Position numbers and translations under genes: made by a program. Shown here piece by piece: positions 1 to 10,509 of a DNA stretch of 64,000 nucleotides. The DNA is from an uncultured Sterolibacterium sp. Lineage in GTDB: Bacteria > Pseudomonadota > Gammaproteobacteria > Burkholderiales > Rhodocyclaceae. Each line of letters opens with the position of its first letter. Positions within the stretch are counted from its first letter, which is position 1. The DNA lies in contig CAILCO010000058.1 in NCBI GenBank assembly GCA_903832735.1, forward strand, positions 1,018 through 65,017. The letters are read 5' to 3'. The notes under the pieces are model-generated. The model searched no databases and was not told the DNA's origin. It was given only the letters and a program-made list of their open reading frames with translations.

Positions 1-1
1 C

Positions 2-919
2 TCTTCCGCCGTGACGGCTGAAGAGTACCCAAACAGAACCGTCAGAATAGTAGTGCCATTTGCGGCGGGCGGACCGGCGGATATCTATGCGCGGTTTCTC
101 GCGCAGCGTTTGCAGGAGGCCTTGGGGCAGGCATTCATGGTCGACAATCGCCCCGGGGCAGGATCGATCATCGGCACCGATGTCGTTGCCAAGAGCCAGC
201 CCGACGGCTACACGCTGCTCCTGATGTCGAACACTCAAACAGTCAACGAATCCCTTTACCAGAACAAGTCCTACCAGTTGATGCGCGACTTCGTGCCGAT
301 TGCGCCGATCAATTATTCGGATCTGGTGCTGGTCGTCAAGTCCTCGCTACCGGTCACCAACCTGCGCGACTTTATCAAGCTGGCAAAAGCCAAACCCGAC
401 GCTTTAAGCTACGCCTCGTCCGGTTCCGGCACGCCCTACCATATGGCCGGTGAGATGTTCAAATCGATGGCCGGCGTTTCGATATTGCATGTGCCTTACA
501 AGGGCAGTTCGGGAGCGCGCGTCGATGTCCTCGGCGGGCAGGTGGACATGATGTTCGATGCGGTCACCACGATGAGCGATTTCATTCGCTCGGGCAAGGT
601 CAGGGCGCTCGGTACCACGGGCAAGGCGCGTTCGGCGATCCTGCCTGATGTCCCCACGGTTGCCGAAGCGGGTGTTCCCGGCTATGAAACGGTGATCTGG
701 CTCGGACTGTTGGCGCCGAAGAATACACCGCCCGCGATAGTGACCAAGCTCAATGCCCAGATTACCAAGATTGTGTCGAACCCGGAAGTTCGCGCGGCCT
801 GGGCGAAACAGGGGGCGGTGCCGATGAGCATGACGCCAGCGGAATTCACTCGTTTCATGAACGACGATATCGCCAAGTGGGCGCATATCGTCAAGATTTC
901 CGGAGCGAGGGTGGACTAG
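2..919 (+). CDS. Bug/TctC-family (tripartite tricarboxylate transporter) periplasmic substrate-binding protein, 5' end outside window
   Basis: The frame is open to the window edge and no signal peptide is seen, so the N-terminus lies upstream. Typical Bug-family core: YPNRTVRIVVPFAAGGPADIYAR, GYTLLL, LHVPYKGSSGA. Confidence 0.8.
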   Translation, partial: SSAVTAEEYPNRTVRIVVPFAAGGPADIYARFLAQRLQEALGQAFMVDNRPGAGSIIGTDVVAKSQPDGYTLLLMSNTQTVNESLYQNKSYQLMRDFVPIAPINYSDLVLVVKSSLPVTNLRDFIKLAKAKPDALSYASSGSGTPYHMAGEMFKSMAGVSILHVPYKGSSGARVDVLGGQVDMMFDAVTTMSDFIRSGKVRALGTTGKARSAILPDVPTVAEAGVPGYETVIWLGLLAPKNTPPAIVTKLNAQITKIVSNPEVRAAWAKQGAVPMSMTPAEFTRFMNDDIAKWAHIVKISGARVD

Positions 920-1383
920 TGGCGAGATTCAACTTCGTCGTCAACGGTGCGCAGCACGCGTTCGATGGCGACGGCAATACCTCGCTTCTTGAAGTCCTGC
1001 GCGATACCCTAAAGCTCAAAGGCAGCCGCTTCGGTTGCGGCGCCAATCAGTGCGGAGCTTGTTTCGTTCTGATCGATGGCGCGGTGGTCGCATCATGCGA
1101 TACGCCGCTCTGGGCGGTCGACAACAAGTCGGTGACGACCGTCGAAGGCCTCGGTCGGCCCGACTCGCCGCATCCGCTGCAAGCGGCATTTCTCGCCGAA
1201 CAGGCGGCGCAATGCGGTTACTGCAGTTCGGGGATGTTGATCGCCGCAGCCGGACTGCTCGCCCGTTGCCCGACTCCGACCGAGGCCGAAGTCCGCGCCG
1301 CCCTGGAGCGCAACCTCTGTCGCTGCGGCAGCCACAATCGCGTCATCCGCGCCGTCCTGCGCGCCTCCGGTCAGGCCCGATGA
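919..1383 (+). CDS. [2Fe-2S]-binding small subunit of a xanthine-dehydrogenase/aldehyde-oxidase family molybdenum hydroxylase (IorA-like)
   Basis: GTG 919 overlaps the upstream TAG by 1 nt, so the ORF-track start at 877 is not needed. Two Fe-S Cys clusters are present: GCGANQCGACFV and CGYCSSGM...CRCGSH. Confidence 0.85.
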   Translation: MARFNFVVNGAQHAFDGDGNTSLLEVLRDTLKLKGSRFGCGANQCGACFVLIDGAVVASCDTPLWAVDNKSVTTVEGLGRPDSPHPLQAAFLAEQAAQCGYCSSGMLIAAAGLLARCPTPTEAEVRAALERNLCRCGSHNRVIRAVLRASGQAR

Positions 1384-3515
1384 GCACTGTCTTGCCAGCC
1401 GGTCCCGGGAGCCTTCAGAGCAACCCCAGGCTGGATCAATGGCTGCACTTTTCCGGCGATGGCTTCGTTGATGTGTTGTCTGGGAAGGTCGAGATCGGCC
1501 AGGGTATCCTGAGCGCGCTGGCCCAGATCGTCGCCGACGAACTCGATCTGCCTATCGATCGACTCAGGATGATGGCGGCGAATACCGAACTCTCCCCGAA
1601 CGAAGGCGTCACTTCCGGCAGTCTATCGATACAGGATTCAGGCTCGGCATTGCGTCATGCCTGTGCACTGGCGCGGGCGCACTATCTCGAAGCGGCAGCC
1701 CTCCGACTGGGCGTACCCGCTACTACGCTGCGCATCGATTCGGGCAATATTATTGCCGAGGACGGCCGACAGACCAGCTACTGGTCGCTTGTGGAAGCCG
1801 GTCTCGCTGACCTGGCGGTGACCGGTTCCTACCCGGTCAAATCAGCCGCCGATTATCGGTGGGTCGGCCGGTCGGTTCCCCGTACCGATCTGCCCGAGCG
1901 AATCTTCGGTCAGCCCTGTTTCATCCATGATCTCGAACTGCCGAAAATGGTGCACGGCCGGATCCTGCGACCGCCGTCTCCGTCGGCGACCCTGTCCTCG
2001 ATCGATGTCGAAGAAGCGCGCGCCAGCGCCGGCGTCATCAAGGTGGTTCGCGACGGTTCCCTGGTCGGGGTGCTCGCGGACAGTGCACGCAACGCCGATT
2101 CGGCCGTCGTCAAGCTGGCCAGGCATGCGCATTGGCACGAGACGGAAAGCCTGCCTGACGAGAATACGCTCGCCTCCTGGCTGAAGAGCCAAAGCGCCGA
2201 CAGCCGGGTCGTCGAGGTCAAGTCTATTGCGGACGGAAGTTCCGCGCCCGAGGTTGATCGCACCGTCAGGGCGAACTATTCCAGACCCTTCATCGCGCAC
2301 GCATCGATCGCCCCTTCTTGCGCACTGGGCCGCATCGACGGCGATCGGTTGGAGATCTGGAGCCACAGCCAGGGCATCTTCAATCTGCGCAAAGACCTTG
2401 CCCTGGCGCTTGCCATGGAGGAGCGCCAGATCGTCGTCCGGCATGTCGCCGGTGCCGGCTGCTATGGTCACAACGGCGCCGACGACGTGGCCTTCGATGC
2501 GGCATGGCTCGCCCGCGCGGCTGCTGGCCGTCCGGTGCGCGTGCAGTGGTCGCGTGCCGACGAATTGGCCTGGGCGCCCCTCGGCCCGGCAATGGCCATC
2601 GCTCTTGAAGCTGACCTCGACGATACTGGCGCGGTGGTCGGTTGGCGGCACGAAGTCTGGAGCAATGGCCATAGCACGAGACCGGGGCGTGCGGCAACGC
2701 CGGCCTTGCTGGGTAGTTGGCATCAGGCGCAAGCCTTTGTGCCGCTGCTCGCGGTGAATGTGCCAGCGGCGGCAGGCGGCGGCGCCGAGCGCAATGCCAT
2801 TCCGTTGTACGCCTTTCCGTCATGGCAGGTGAACAACCATCGTGTTTTGGCAATGCCGCTACGTACCTCGGCGTTGCGCTCCCTGGGCGCTTGCGCCAAT
2901 GTCTTCGCCATCGAGTCGTTCATTGATGAACTGGCACATGCCACGGGTGCCGATCCTATCGAATTTCGTCTGCGCTATTTGCACGACCGGCGTGGCCGGG
3001 CCGTGCTCGATCGGGTCGTGGAAATGTCCGGCTGGCGAGCATGGCACGGGCGCGAAGGGGTCGGTCACGGCCTCGGTTTTGCCAGATACAAGAATAGCGG
3101 CGCTTATTGCGCGGTCGTGGCCGAGATCGAGGTGGAACGGGAAGTCCGCGTCAGCAGACTGGTCATCAGCGCCGACGTGGGTCTCGTGATCAATCCGGAT
3201 GGCGTCGCCAATCAACTCGAAGGCGGCGCGATCCAGGCGACTAGCTGGACGCTCAAGGAGGCCGTGCGTTTCGACCGCAAGCGCGTCACCAGCGACAACT
3301 GGGAGAGCTACCCGATCCTGCGCTTCAGCGAAATTCCTGCTGTGCTGATCGACCTCGTTCCCTCCACGGAAGCTTCCGTCGGCGCTGGCGAAGCGTCGCT
3401 CGGGCCGACCGCCGCGGCCATCGCCAATGCGCTGTTCGATGCGCTAGGCGTCCGGATGCGCGATCTTCCCCTAACTGCCGAGCGCATCGCAGCGCTGCTC
3501 CTGGCAGCCAATTAG
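1380..3515 (+). CDS. Molybdopterin-binding large subunit of molybdenum hydroxylase (IorB / aldehyde oxidase beta-like), 711 aa
   Basis: ATG 1380 overlaps the small-subunit stop (ATGA). The upstream part of ORF 1035..3515 is an Arg-rich alternate-frame read-through of the small-subunit gene. Family-typical segments: GKVEIGQGILSALAQIVADEL, GAGCYGHNGADD, GAGEASLGPTAAAIANA. Confidence 0.85.
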   Translation: MSTVLPAGPGSLQSNPRLDQWLHFSGDGFVDVLSGKVEIGQGILSALAQIVADELDLPIDRLRMMAANTELSPNEGVTSGSLSIQDSGSALRHACALARAHYLEAAALRLGVPATTLRIDSGNIIAEDGRQTSYWSLVEAGLADLAVTGSYPVKSAADYRWVGRSVPRTDLPERIFGQPCFIHDLELPKMVHGRILRPPSPSATLSSIDVEEARASAGVIKVVRDGSLVGVLADSARNADSAVVKLARHAHWHETESLPDENTLASWLKSQSADSRVVEVKSIADGSSAPEVDRTVRANYSRPFIAHASIAPSCALGRIDGDRLEIWSHSQGIFNLRKDLALALAMEERQIVVRHVAGAGCYGHNGADDVAFDAAWLARAAAGRPVRVQWSRADELAWAPLGPAMAIALEADLDDTGAVVGWRHEVWSNGHSTRPGRAATPALLGSWHQAQAFVPLLAVNVPAAAGGGAERNAIPLYAFPSWQVNNHRVLAMPLRTSALRSLGACANVFAIESFIDELAHATGADPIEFRLRYLHDRRGRAVLDRVVEMSGWRAWHGREGVGHGLGFARYKNSGAYCAVVAEIEVEREVRVSRLVISADVGLVINPDGVANQLEGGAIQATSWTLKEAVRFDRKRVTSDNWESYPILRFSEIPAVLIDLVPSTEASVGAGEASLGPTAAAIANALFDALGVRMRDLPLTAERIAALLLAAN

Positions 3516-3540
3516 TCGTCAACCACAGAGGAAATAGAAC

Positions 3541-4236
3541 ATGGATTTGCGGATCTTAAGCGCCGGTGCGGCGAAAGGCGTGGTGCAAGCATTGCAAGGG
3601 GAGTTCCAGGCGGCTTCCGGGGCCGTTGTCCAGGGCACATTCGGCGCGGTAGGCGTGATCAGGGAGAAGCTGCTTGCCAATGAACCCTGCGACGTCATCA
3701 TCCTCACTGCGGCCCAGATCGAAGAACTGAGCCGAACGGGTCATGTGCTCGCCGAGACGAGCGCGCCGCTGGGCCGCGTGCGGACCGGCATTGCCGTCCG
3801 TGCAGGCGAACCGTTGCCCGACATCTCGAGTCGCGACTCGCTCAAGGCCTGCCTGCTCGCCTGCGACGGGATCTATTTCCCCGACCCGGAGCGCGCGACC
3901 GCGGGAATCCACTTCGTCAATGTTCTCAAGGGTCTGGGCATCCACGAACAACTGGCGCCCAAGCTACGGCCCTATCCGAACGGTGCGACGGCAATGCATC
4001 AGCTTGCCCAGACGACGGAGCCACGACTCATCGGTTGCACCCAGATCACGGAAATAAAATACACCGAGGGCGTGACCCTGGTCGGTCTGCTGCCGGAGGA
4101 GTTCGAGTTGGCTACGGTCTATTCGGCCGCAGTCTGCAGCAAGGCGGAGGATGCGGAGATCGCCCGCCGCTTTGTCAGGCTGCTGGCGGGTGAAAGATCT
4201 CAAGCCTTGCGTGCCCAAGGCGGATTCGAATTCTGA
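3541..4236 (+). CDS. ModA-like (type 2 periplasmic-binding-protein fold) protein lacking a signal peptide
   Basis: 231 aa with RBS GAGGAAA upstream. It starts directly with the first beta strand (MDLRILSAGAAKGV...DVIILTAAQIEEL...GIAVRAG) and has no hydrophobic leader or lipobox. Confidence 0.6.
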   Translation: MDLRILSAGAAKGVVQALQGEFQAASGAVVQGTFGAVGVIREKLLANEPCDVIILTAAQIEELSRTGHVLAETSAPLGRVRTGIAVRAGEPLPDISSRDSLKACLLACDGIYFPDPERATAGIHFVNVLKGLGIHEQLAPKLRPYPNGATAMHQLAQTTEPRLIGCTQITEIKYTEGVTLVGLLPEEFELATVYSAAVCSKAEDAEIARRFVRLLAGERSQALRAQGGFEF

Positions 4237-4274
4237 CAACATGTTAGCCTGGTTTTTGGGCCAAGCCAGGTGCA

Positions 4275-4304
4275 TTCAAGCGAATAATCGTGCGATGTTA
4301 TAAT
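4275..4304 (+). promoter_or_regulatory. Candidate sigma70 promoter of hemA (-35 TTCAAG, 18-nt spacer, extended -10 TGTTATAAT)
   Basis: There is a perfect TATAAT at 4299-4304 preceded by TGT (extended -10). It lies about 35 nt upstream of the hemA ATG in the 103-nt spacer. Confidence 0.4.
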
Positions 4305-4339
4305 GCACGGGTCAATCTCCGGGACTACGTCTTCCGCCC

Positions 4340-5593
4340 ATGCAACTGTTCGCCCTTGGCATCAACCACCATACTGCGCCGCTCGCCGTGCGCGAGAAGG
4401 TGGCTTTTTTGCCGGAGCAGTTGCCGCAGGCGCTGAATGATCTGCTGCGCGCCAAACCGGTGCGCGAGGCGGCGATCCTCTCTACCTGCAATCGTACCGA
4501 ACTCTACTGCGCCGCGGAGCAGCCGGCTATGGTGGCCGACTGGCTGGCGGGATACCACGCACTGCCCGTGGAGAAGATCAGCCCTTACCTCTATACCTTC
4601 CCGCAGCGCGATGCCGTCCGCCACCTCTTCCGCGTGGCCAGCGGGCTCGACTCGATGGTCCTGGGCGAACCGCAGATACTCGGCCAGATGAAGCAGGCGG
4701 AGCGCGGCGCGGGTGAGGCCGGCACCCTCGGTACCTTGCTCTCCAAGCTGTTTCAGCGCAGCTTTGCCGTGGCCAAGGAGGTCCGTTCGACGACCGCCAT
4801 CGGCGCCAACACCGTCTCGATGGCAGCCGCTGCAGTGCGACTTTCGGCGCGTATCTTCGAAAGCCTCTCGGACCAGCGGATACTTTTTATCGGTGCCGGT
4901 GAGATGATCGAGTTGTGTGCCGCTCATTTCGCCAGCCAGAGCCCGAAGCAGATCACCATTGCCAACCGCACTCTGGAACGCGCCGAGGCGCTGGCCGCCC
5001 GCTTCCAGGCCGATACCATGCGCCTGGACGAGATCGCCGGCCGCCTGTCGCAATTTGACATCGTCGTCTCCTGCACTGGGAGTGAATTGCCGATCATCGG
5101 TTTGGGCATGGTCGAGCGAGCCTTGAAGGCCCGCCGCCACCGGCCGGTGGTGATGGTCGATCTGGCCGTGCCGCGCGACATAGAGGCCGAGGTGGCGGAA
5201 CTCGGCGATGTGTTCCTATATACCCTCGATGACCTCGGGCAAATCGTCGAGACCGGTCTCGAGTCGCGCCAGGCCGCCGTGGTGGAAGCTGAAGCGATCA
5301 TCGATGCCGGCGTCAGCAGTTTCCTGCACTGGGTGGATTCGCGCGTCGCCGTGCCGACCATCCGGGCACTGCGCGACAACGCCGAGCGCGCGCGTCGTCG
5401 CGAGTTGGAACATGCGCAAAAGATGCTTGCCCGCGGCGACGATCCGGCGCTGGTACTCGAGGCACTGTCCCACGGCCTCACCAACAAGCTCATGCATGCC
5501 CCGACCAATGCCCTCAATCAGGCCGAGGGCACCGAGCGCAGTGATCTGGCACAGTTGATCGCGCGCATCTACCACCTGCATCCCGGAGAGTAG
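4340..5593 (+). CDS. hemA: Glutamyl-tRNA reductase
   Basis: 417 aa. N-terminus [21 protein letters not shown], catalytic-Cys motif [14 protein letters not shown] site ILFIGAGEM. It sits in the conserved hemA-prfA-prmC order. Confidence 0.95.
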   Translation: MQLFALGINHHTAPLAVREKVAFLPEQLPQALNDLLRAKPVREAAILSTCNRTELYCAAEQPAMVADWLAGYHALPVEKISPYLYTFPQRDAVRHLFRVASGLDSMVLGEPQILGQMKQAERGAGEAGTLGTLLSKLFQRSFAVAKEVRSTTAIGANTVSMAAAAVRLSARIFESLSDQRILFIGAGEMIELCAAHFASQSPKQITIANRTLERAEALAARFQADTMRLDEIAGRLSQFDIVVSCTGSELPIIGLGMVERALKARRHRPVVMVDLAVPRDIEAEVAELGDVFLYTLDDLGQIVETGLESRQAAVVEAEAIIDAGVSSFLHWVDSRVAVPTIRALRDNAERARRRELEHAQKMLARGDDPALVLEALSHGLTNKLMHAPTNALNQAEGTERSDLAQLIARIYHLHPGE

Positions 5594-5643
5594 CGGATCG
5601 CGCTGCCGCCGCTGCCAGGGCAGCGGCGGCGCGTTGCGCCATC

Positions 5644-6729
5644 ATGAAACAGAGCATACGCAACAAACTTCAGCGCCTCACCTTGCGCCTTTCCGAACTA
5701 GACCATCTGCTCTCCGGCGAGCATGCCGCCCGTGATATGGACAGCTATCGCAAGCTGTCGCGCGAGCGCGCCGAACTCGCGCCAGTGACTGCGCTCTATG
5801 GACAGTATTGTCGGGCCGAAGAGGAACTGGCCGCGGCCGGCGAGATGCTCGCGGATCCGGAAATGAAGTCGCTCGCCGAGGAAGAGATAGGCAACTGCAA
5901 GGAGGAAATGGCGCGGGTCGAGATCGCACTACAGAAGGCGCTGTTGCCCACCGACCCCAACGATGAGCGCAACTTGTTCCTGGAAATTCGGGCAGGCACC
6001 GGCGGCGACGAGTCGGGGCTGTTTGCCGGCGATCTTTTCCGTATGTATACCCGCTATGCCGAGCGGCAACGCTGGCAGGTCGAAGTGATCTCGGCCAGCG
6101 AATCCGAGATCGGCGGCTACAAGGAAGTGATTGCCCGGGTGATCGGGACGGGGGCATATTCACGGCTCAAGTTCGAGTCGGGCGGCCATCGCGTCCAGCG
6201 CGTGCCGGCGACCGAAACCCAGGGCCGTATCCACACCTCGGCTTGCACCGTGGCGGTTCTGCCGGAGGCGGACGCGCTCTCCGAGGTGGTCATCAATCCT
6301 GCGGAATTGCGCATCGATACGTTTCGCGCTTCGGGTGCCGGCGGTCAGCATATCAACAAGACCGATTCCGCGGTGCGCATCACTCATCTACCCACCGGGC
6401 TCGTCGTCGAGTGCCAGGACGACCGTTCGCAGCATCGCAACAAGGCGCAGGCGTTGGCGGTGCTGGCCGCGCGCATCAAGGCCAAGCAGGAGTCCGAGCA
6501 GCAGGCGAAGATCGCGTCGACGCGGAAGAGCCTGGTGGGTAGTGGCGACCGTTCGGAGCGTATCCGCACCTACAATTTTCCCCAGGGGCGGATCACCGAC
6601 CACCGCATCAATCTGACCCTGTACAAGATCGATGCGATCATGGACGGCGACCTGGACGAACTGATCGGGGCGCTGACCAACGAGCATCAGGCGGAATTGC
6701 TCGCCGCGCTTGCGGAAGAAGCCGCGTGA
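5644..6729 (+). CDS. prfA: Peptide chain release factor 1
   Basis: 361 aa. It has the RF1 PAT tripeptide ([14 protein letters not shown]) and the GGQ motif ([19 protein letters not shown]). Confidence 0.97.
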   Translation: MKQSIRNKLQRLTLRLSELDHLLSGEHAARDMDSYRKLSRERAELAPVTALYGQYCRAEEELAAAGEMLADPEMKSLAEEEIGNCKEEMARVEIALQKALLPTDPNDERNLFLEIRAGTGGDESGLFAGDLFRMYTRYAERQRWQVEVISASESEIGGYKEVIARVIGTGAYSRLKFESGGHRVQRVPATETQGRIHTSACTVAVLPEADALSEVVINPAELRIDTFRASGAGGQHINKTDSAVRITHLPTGLVVECQDDRSQHRNKAQALAVLAARIKAKQESEQQAKIASTRKSLVGSGDRSERIRTYNFPQGRITDHRINLTLYKIDAIMDGDLDELIGALTNEHQAELLAALAEEAA

Positions 6730-7586
6730 CCCGGATAGATAGAGTGTTGGAGCAGGCGCGTGCATGCATTCCCGGCTCTGAGGCGCGGTTGCTTTTGAGC
6801 CATGTCCTCGACCGCTCCCATGCCTGGCTGGCGGCCCACGCTGATGAGGCACTTGCCGCGCCTTCGGCAGCGCAATTCGTCAATCTGGTCGGGCGCAGGG
6901 CCGAAGGTGAGCCGATCGCCTATTTGCTTGGTTCCCGGGAATTCTATGGTCGCTCCTTCTCAGTCACGCATGAGGTGCTGATTCCCCGTCCGGAAACCGA
7001 GCTGCTGGTCGATCTGGGGATAGCCAAGATCGGCACCCGCAGAGCGGCGAATGTCCTCGACCTGGGCGTCGGCAGTGGCTGCCTCGCGATTACCCTGGCG
7101 CTGGAAATCCCTTCCGCGCGGGTCACCGCGGCGGAACTGTCGCCGGCGGCAGTTGCTCTTGCGCGGCGCAATGCCGAACAGTTGGAGGCGGGGGTGCGGG
7201 TGATCGAGAGCGACTGGTTTTCGGCGCTGGCGGAGCAACGCTTCGACCTGATCGTCGCCAACCCTCCTTACATCGCGGACCAAGACCCACATCTTGGCGC
7301 CGGCGATCTGCGTTTCGAGCCGGGCCTTGCGCTCTCTAGCGGTCCGGATGGTTTGGCGGCGATCCGGACCATCATCCGCGAAGCCCCGGGCCATCTTTCA
7401 TCAGGCGGCTGGCTGTTCATCGAGCATGGCTACGATCAGGCCGCGGCGGTGGCGGCCTTGTTGCAGGCCGCGGATTTTCGCGACATCGAGCAACACCGGG
7501 ATCTGGCCGGCACCCTCCGCGTCTCGGGCGGGCGAACCGGTGTGCGCGTTTCACCCGCGCTTGACGTCAGAGGGCTGCGCCCGTAA
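6726..7586 (+). CDS. prmC: Release-factor glutamine N5-methyltransferase
   Basis: GTG 6726 overlaps the prfA stop (GTGA). SAM motif [10 protein letters not shown] and NPPY motif (IVANPPYI). Confidence 0.92.
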   Translation: MTRIDRVLEQARACIPGSEARLLLSHVLDRSHAWLAAHADEALAAPSAAQFVNLVGRRAEGEPIAYLLGSREFYGRSFSVTHEVLIPRPETELLVDLGIAKIGTRRAANVLDLGVGSGCLAITLALEIPSARVTAAELSPAAVALARRNAEQLEAGVRVIESDWFSALAEQRFDLIVANPPYIADQDPHLGAGDLRFEPGLALSSGPDGLAAIRTIIREAPGHLSSGGWLFIEHGYDQAAAVAALLQAADFRDIEQHRDLAGTLRVSGGRTGVRVSPALDVRGLRP

Positions 7587-7628
7587 ACTTAAACCCGACA
7601 AATTTCATCGACTATTGGGAAACAAACC

Positions 7629-7949
7629 ATGGAAGCAAAAGAGCAGATACGGCAGACCATCACCAACCACCCGGTGGTGCTGTTCATGAAGGGCAATCCG
7701 CAAGCCCCGCAGTGCGGCTTCTCCGCCACCGCGGTGCAGATCCTCAAGGCTTGCGGGGTTAACACCTTCGCCAGCGTCGACGTCCTGGCGGACCCGGACA
7801 TCCGTCAGGGCATCAAGGACTTCTCCAACTGGCCGACGGTGCCGCAACTGTATGTCAAAGGCGAATTCGTAGGCGGCTGCGACATCATGAAGGAGATGTA
7901 CCAGGCCGGCGAACTGCAGAAGCAATTGGAAGATCTGGCCAGCGCCTGA
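7629..7949 (+). CDS. grxD: Monothiol glutaredoxin (Grx4 family)
   Basis: 106 aa with a CGFS active site ([12 protein letters not shown]) and WPTVPQLYV. Confidence 0.93.
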   Translation: MEAKEQIRQTITNHPVVLFMKGNPQAPQCGFSATAVQILKACGVNTFASVDVLADPDIRQGIKDFSNWPTVPQLYVKGEFVGGCDIMKEMYQAGELQKQLEDLASA

Positions 7950-7965
7950 TTGGTGGGGGGCAACC

Positions 7966-9390
7966 CTACAGTCTAGTCCTAACCCGCGCGATCGCTGCCC
8001 GCACCTGTTCCGGCGCCGTCCCGCCGATGTGATTGCGGGCGGCGAGCGAACCTTCCACCGTCAGCACTGAATACACGTCGGCCTCGATCAGGGACGAGTA
8101 TGTCTGCAACTCGGGGAGAGACAGTCGCGCCAGGTCGCAGCCTTTCTCTTCGGCTCTGCGTACGGCCCGGGCGACGGCTTCGTGAGCGTCGCGGAAGGGC
8201 AGTCCCCTTTTTACCAGGTAGTCGGCAAGATCCGTGGCGGTGGCATGGCCTTGCCCCAGCGCGTCCCTCATCGCTTCCGGCCGGACGGTGATGCCGGGCA
8301 CCAGTTCGGCGAAGATGCGCAGGGTGTCGATCAGCGTATCGGCGGTATCGAACAGCGGTTCCTTGTCCTCCTGGTTATCCTTGTTGTAGGCCAGAGGCTG
8401 GCCTTTCATCAGGGTCAAGAGGCCCATCAGGTGGCCATAGACGCGCCCGGTCTTGCCGCGCGCCAGTTCCGGTACATCGGGGTTCTTTTTCTGCGGCATG
8501 ATCGAGGAGCCTGTGCAGTAGCGGTCGGCCAGATCGATGAAGCCGAAGCGCGGGCTCATCCAGAGGATCAGTTCCTCGGAGAAGCGAGAGACATGCATCA
8601 TCAGCAGTGACGCCGCGGCAGTAAATTCGATGGCGAAATCGCGATCCGATACTGCGTCGAGAGAGTTCTCGCAGACACCGTCGAAACCCAATTCGCGGGC
8701 GACCGACTCCCGGTCTATCGGGAAGCTGGTTCCGGCCAGTGCTGCCGCGCCCAGAGGCAGACGGTTCATGCGTCGGCGGCAGTCAGCCAGTCGCCCCCGG
8801 TCGCGCCCAGCCATCTCGACATAAGCCAGCAAGTGGTGGCCGAAGGTCACCGGCTGAGCCACCTGCAGATGCGTGAAGCCAGGCAGGGGGGTGTCGGCGT
8901 GTCGTTCCGCCAGATCGAGTAGCGCGCGCTGATAGCCGGATAACAGGCGGTCTATATTGTCGATGGCTTCGCGTAGCCAGAGCCGGATATCGGTGGCCAC
9001 CTGATCGTTGCGCGAACGGCCGGTGTGCAGACGCTTGCCGGCATCGCCTATCAGCGCGGTGAGTCGCTTCTCGATATTGAGATGGACGTCCTCGTCAGCA
9101 AGATTCCAGCGAAATTCGCCGCGCCCGATCTCGGCTTCGATCGTTGCCATGCCATGCTCGATTTCGGCGAGATCCTGGGCCGTGATGATCGCCTGCCTGG
9201 CCAGCATCCGGGCATGAGCGAGCGAGCCGCGGATGTCTACCTGCGCCATGCGTTGGTCGAATGAGACAGAGGCGGTGTAACGTTGGACGAGGTTCGAAAC
9301 CGGCTCCGAAAAGCGCCCCGACCAGGCCTTGTCAGTCTGCTCGGGATGAACGCCCGTCGGGACGGTGGCGCTGGCTTGCTTATCTGTCAT
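7966..9390 (-). CDS. argH: Argininosuccinate lyase
   Basis: 474 aa with WSGRFSEP near the N-terminus and the fumarate-lyase signature [12 protein letters not shown]. Confidence 0.96.
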   Translation of the reverse strand: MTDKQASATVPTGVHPEQTDKAWSGRFSEPVSNLVQRYTASVSFDQRMAQVDIRGSLAHARMLARQAIITAQDLAEIEHGMATIEAEIGRGEFRWNLADEDVHLNIEKRLTALIGDAGKRLHTGRSRNDQVATDIRLWLREAIDNIDRLLSGYQRALLDLAERHADTPLPGFTHLQVAQPVTFGHHLLAYVEMAGRDRGRLADCRRRMNRLPLGAAALAGTSFPIDRESVARELGFDGVCENSLDAVSDRDFAIEFTAAASLLMMHVSRFSEELILWMSPRFGFIDLADRYCTGSSIMPQKKNPDVPELARGKTGRVYGHLMGLLTLMKGQPLAYNKDNQEDKEPLFDTADTLIDTLRIFAELVPGITVRPEAMRDALGQGHATATDLADYLVKRGLPFRDAHEAVARAVRRAEEKGCDLARLSLPELQTYSSLIEADVYSVLTVEGSLAARNHIGGTAPEQVRAAIARVRTRL

Positions 9391-9435
9391 AATGGATTCG
9401 AGAGTGGATAGGGCAGCGGGGGCGGCAAATACAGA

Positions 9436-9485
9436 CTTGAATCAAGCCGCGGATCTAGCCATTGTCACTTAAGCCTTGAGTCAAA
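9436..9485. promoter_or_regulatory. Two related palindromes, CTTGAATCAAG (9436-9446) and CTTGAGTCAA (9475-9484), in the argH/algZ divergent spacer; candidate operator pair
   Basis: Read directly. Their centres are 39 bp apart, and the second abuts the algZ-like start codon (9487). Confidence 0.3.
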
Positions 9486-9486
9486 A

Positions 9487-10509
9487 ATGACCAGTATACG
9501 GCAAAACCACGAGCCTCCCTCCCTGCCGGATTTCCGCAATCTCGGTGTCTGGTTGCGCATCCTGATCGGCGTCAATTTTCTTGCCGCCCTGGCTGCGGCG
9601 GCCGCCAATCGCCTACTCAGCGAACTGCCGGGAGAACTGGCTTCCCTGGCGGTCTCGGTCGAACCGCCCCTGATCGCCAGTCTGGCGCTGCTCTTTCTGT
9701 TGAGCAGGAGCATGGCAAGCCTGGACTACCGGTTGGGTGCCGGCATCTTCATCGCTATAGCGATGGCGACGACAGCGCTTACGCATGCTCTGTTAGCACC
9801 TCTCGAAAGCCTTGCCGCAACGCCTGCCGGTCCGGGACGCGCGCTATTCTGGTCGGCGCTGACGGCCGCCCTGCTGCTCGTTTATTTTATGGCACGTGCC
9901 CGACTGCATTCGCCGGCGCTGGTCGAGGCGCGATTGATGGCGCTAACCGCGAGGATACGTCCGCATTTCCTGTTCAATGCGCTCAATGCAGTGCTCGGTG
10001 TGATTCGCTCTGACCCGCGCCGTGCCGAGGAAGCGCTGGAGGAGCTGGCCGATCTGTTTCGCGTGCTGATGCGCGACAACCGGGATCTGGTGCCCCTCTC
10101 TGAAGAGATTTCGCTGGCCCGAAAATATCTCGCCCTGGAACGCTTGCGCCTGGGCGATCGGCTGCAGGTGATATGGGATGTCGAATCCTGCCCGCCGGAC
10201 GCTCTTGTGCCGCCCTTGATGCTCCAGCCGCTACTCGAGAACGCCGTATACCATGGCATCGAGCCCGCCGAACAGCCGGCCGAGATCACCGTCCGTTTCG
10301 CCCGTCGCGGCGGCTTGTTGCTGATCGAACTGGCCAATCCCTACGTCGCCGGTGCCAGCGATCATGTCGGCAACCAGATGGCACTTGCCAATATCCGCGA
10401 GCGCTTGATGCTCTTCTACGATCTTGAGGCGCGTCTCGAGACCAATGCCGGCGATGGAAGATATGTTGTCAGCATGCTTATTCCCTATCGCGCAGGGGCG
10501 GCTGCATGA
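9487..10509 (+). CDS. algZ: LytS/YehU-type sensor histidine kinase (FimS/AlgZ-like)
   Basis: 340 aa. Hydrophobic multi-TM N-terminal half, H-box RIRPHFLFNALN, ATPase segment LLENAVYHG. It lies between argH and the hemC cluster, as P. aeruginosa fimS/algZ does. Confidence 0.75.
   Translation: MTSIRQNHEPPSLPDFRNLGVWLRILIGVNFLAALAAAAANRLLSELPGELASLAVSVEPPLIASLALLFLLSRSMASLDYRLGAGIFIAIAMATTALTHALLAPLESLAATPAGPGRALFWSALTAALLLVYFMARARLHSPALVEARLMALTARIRPHFLFNALNAVLGVIRSDPRRAEEALEELADLFRVLMRDNRDLVPLSEEISLARKYLALERLRLGDRLQVIWDVESCPPDALVPPLMLQPLLENAVYHGIEPAEQPAEITVRFARRGGLLLIELANPYVAGASDHVGNQMALANIRERLMLFYDLEARLETNAGDGRYVVSMLIPYRAGAAA

Noticed and set aside
1035-1379. N-terminal extensions in the ORF track. 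Examples: 1035..1379, 12719..13117, 18113..18538, 32749..33096, 54574..54714, 55887..56195, 60463..60684, 62015..62155, 43194..43232 and 37316..37390.
   Set aside because: The extensions overlap the preceding gene in another frame and translate to Arg/Pro-rich nonsense. In every case an internal start with an RBS or a 4-nt stop/start overlap gives the conserved family N-terminus.
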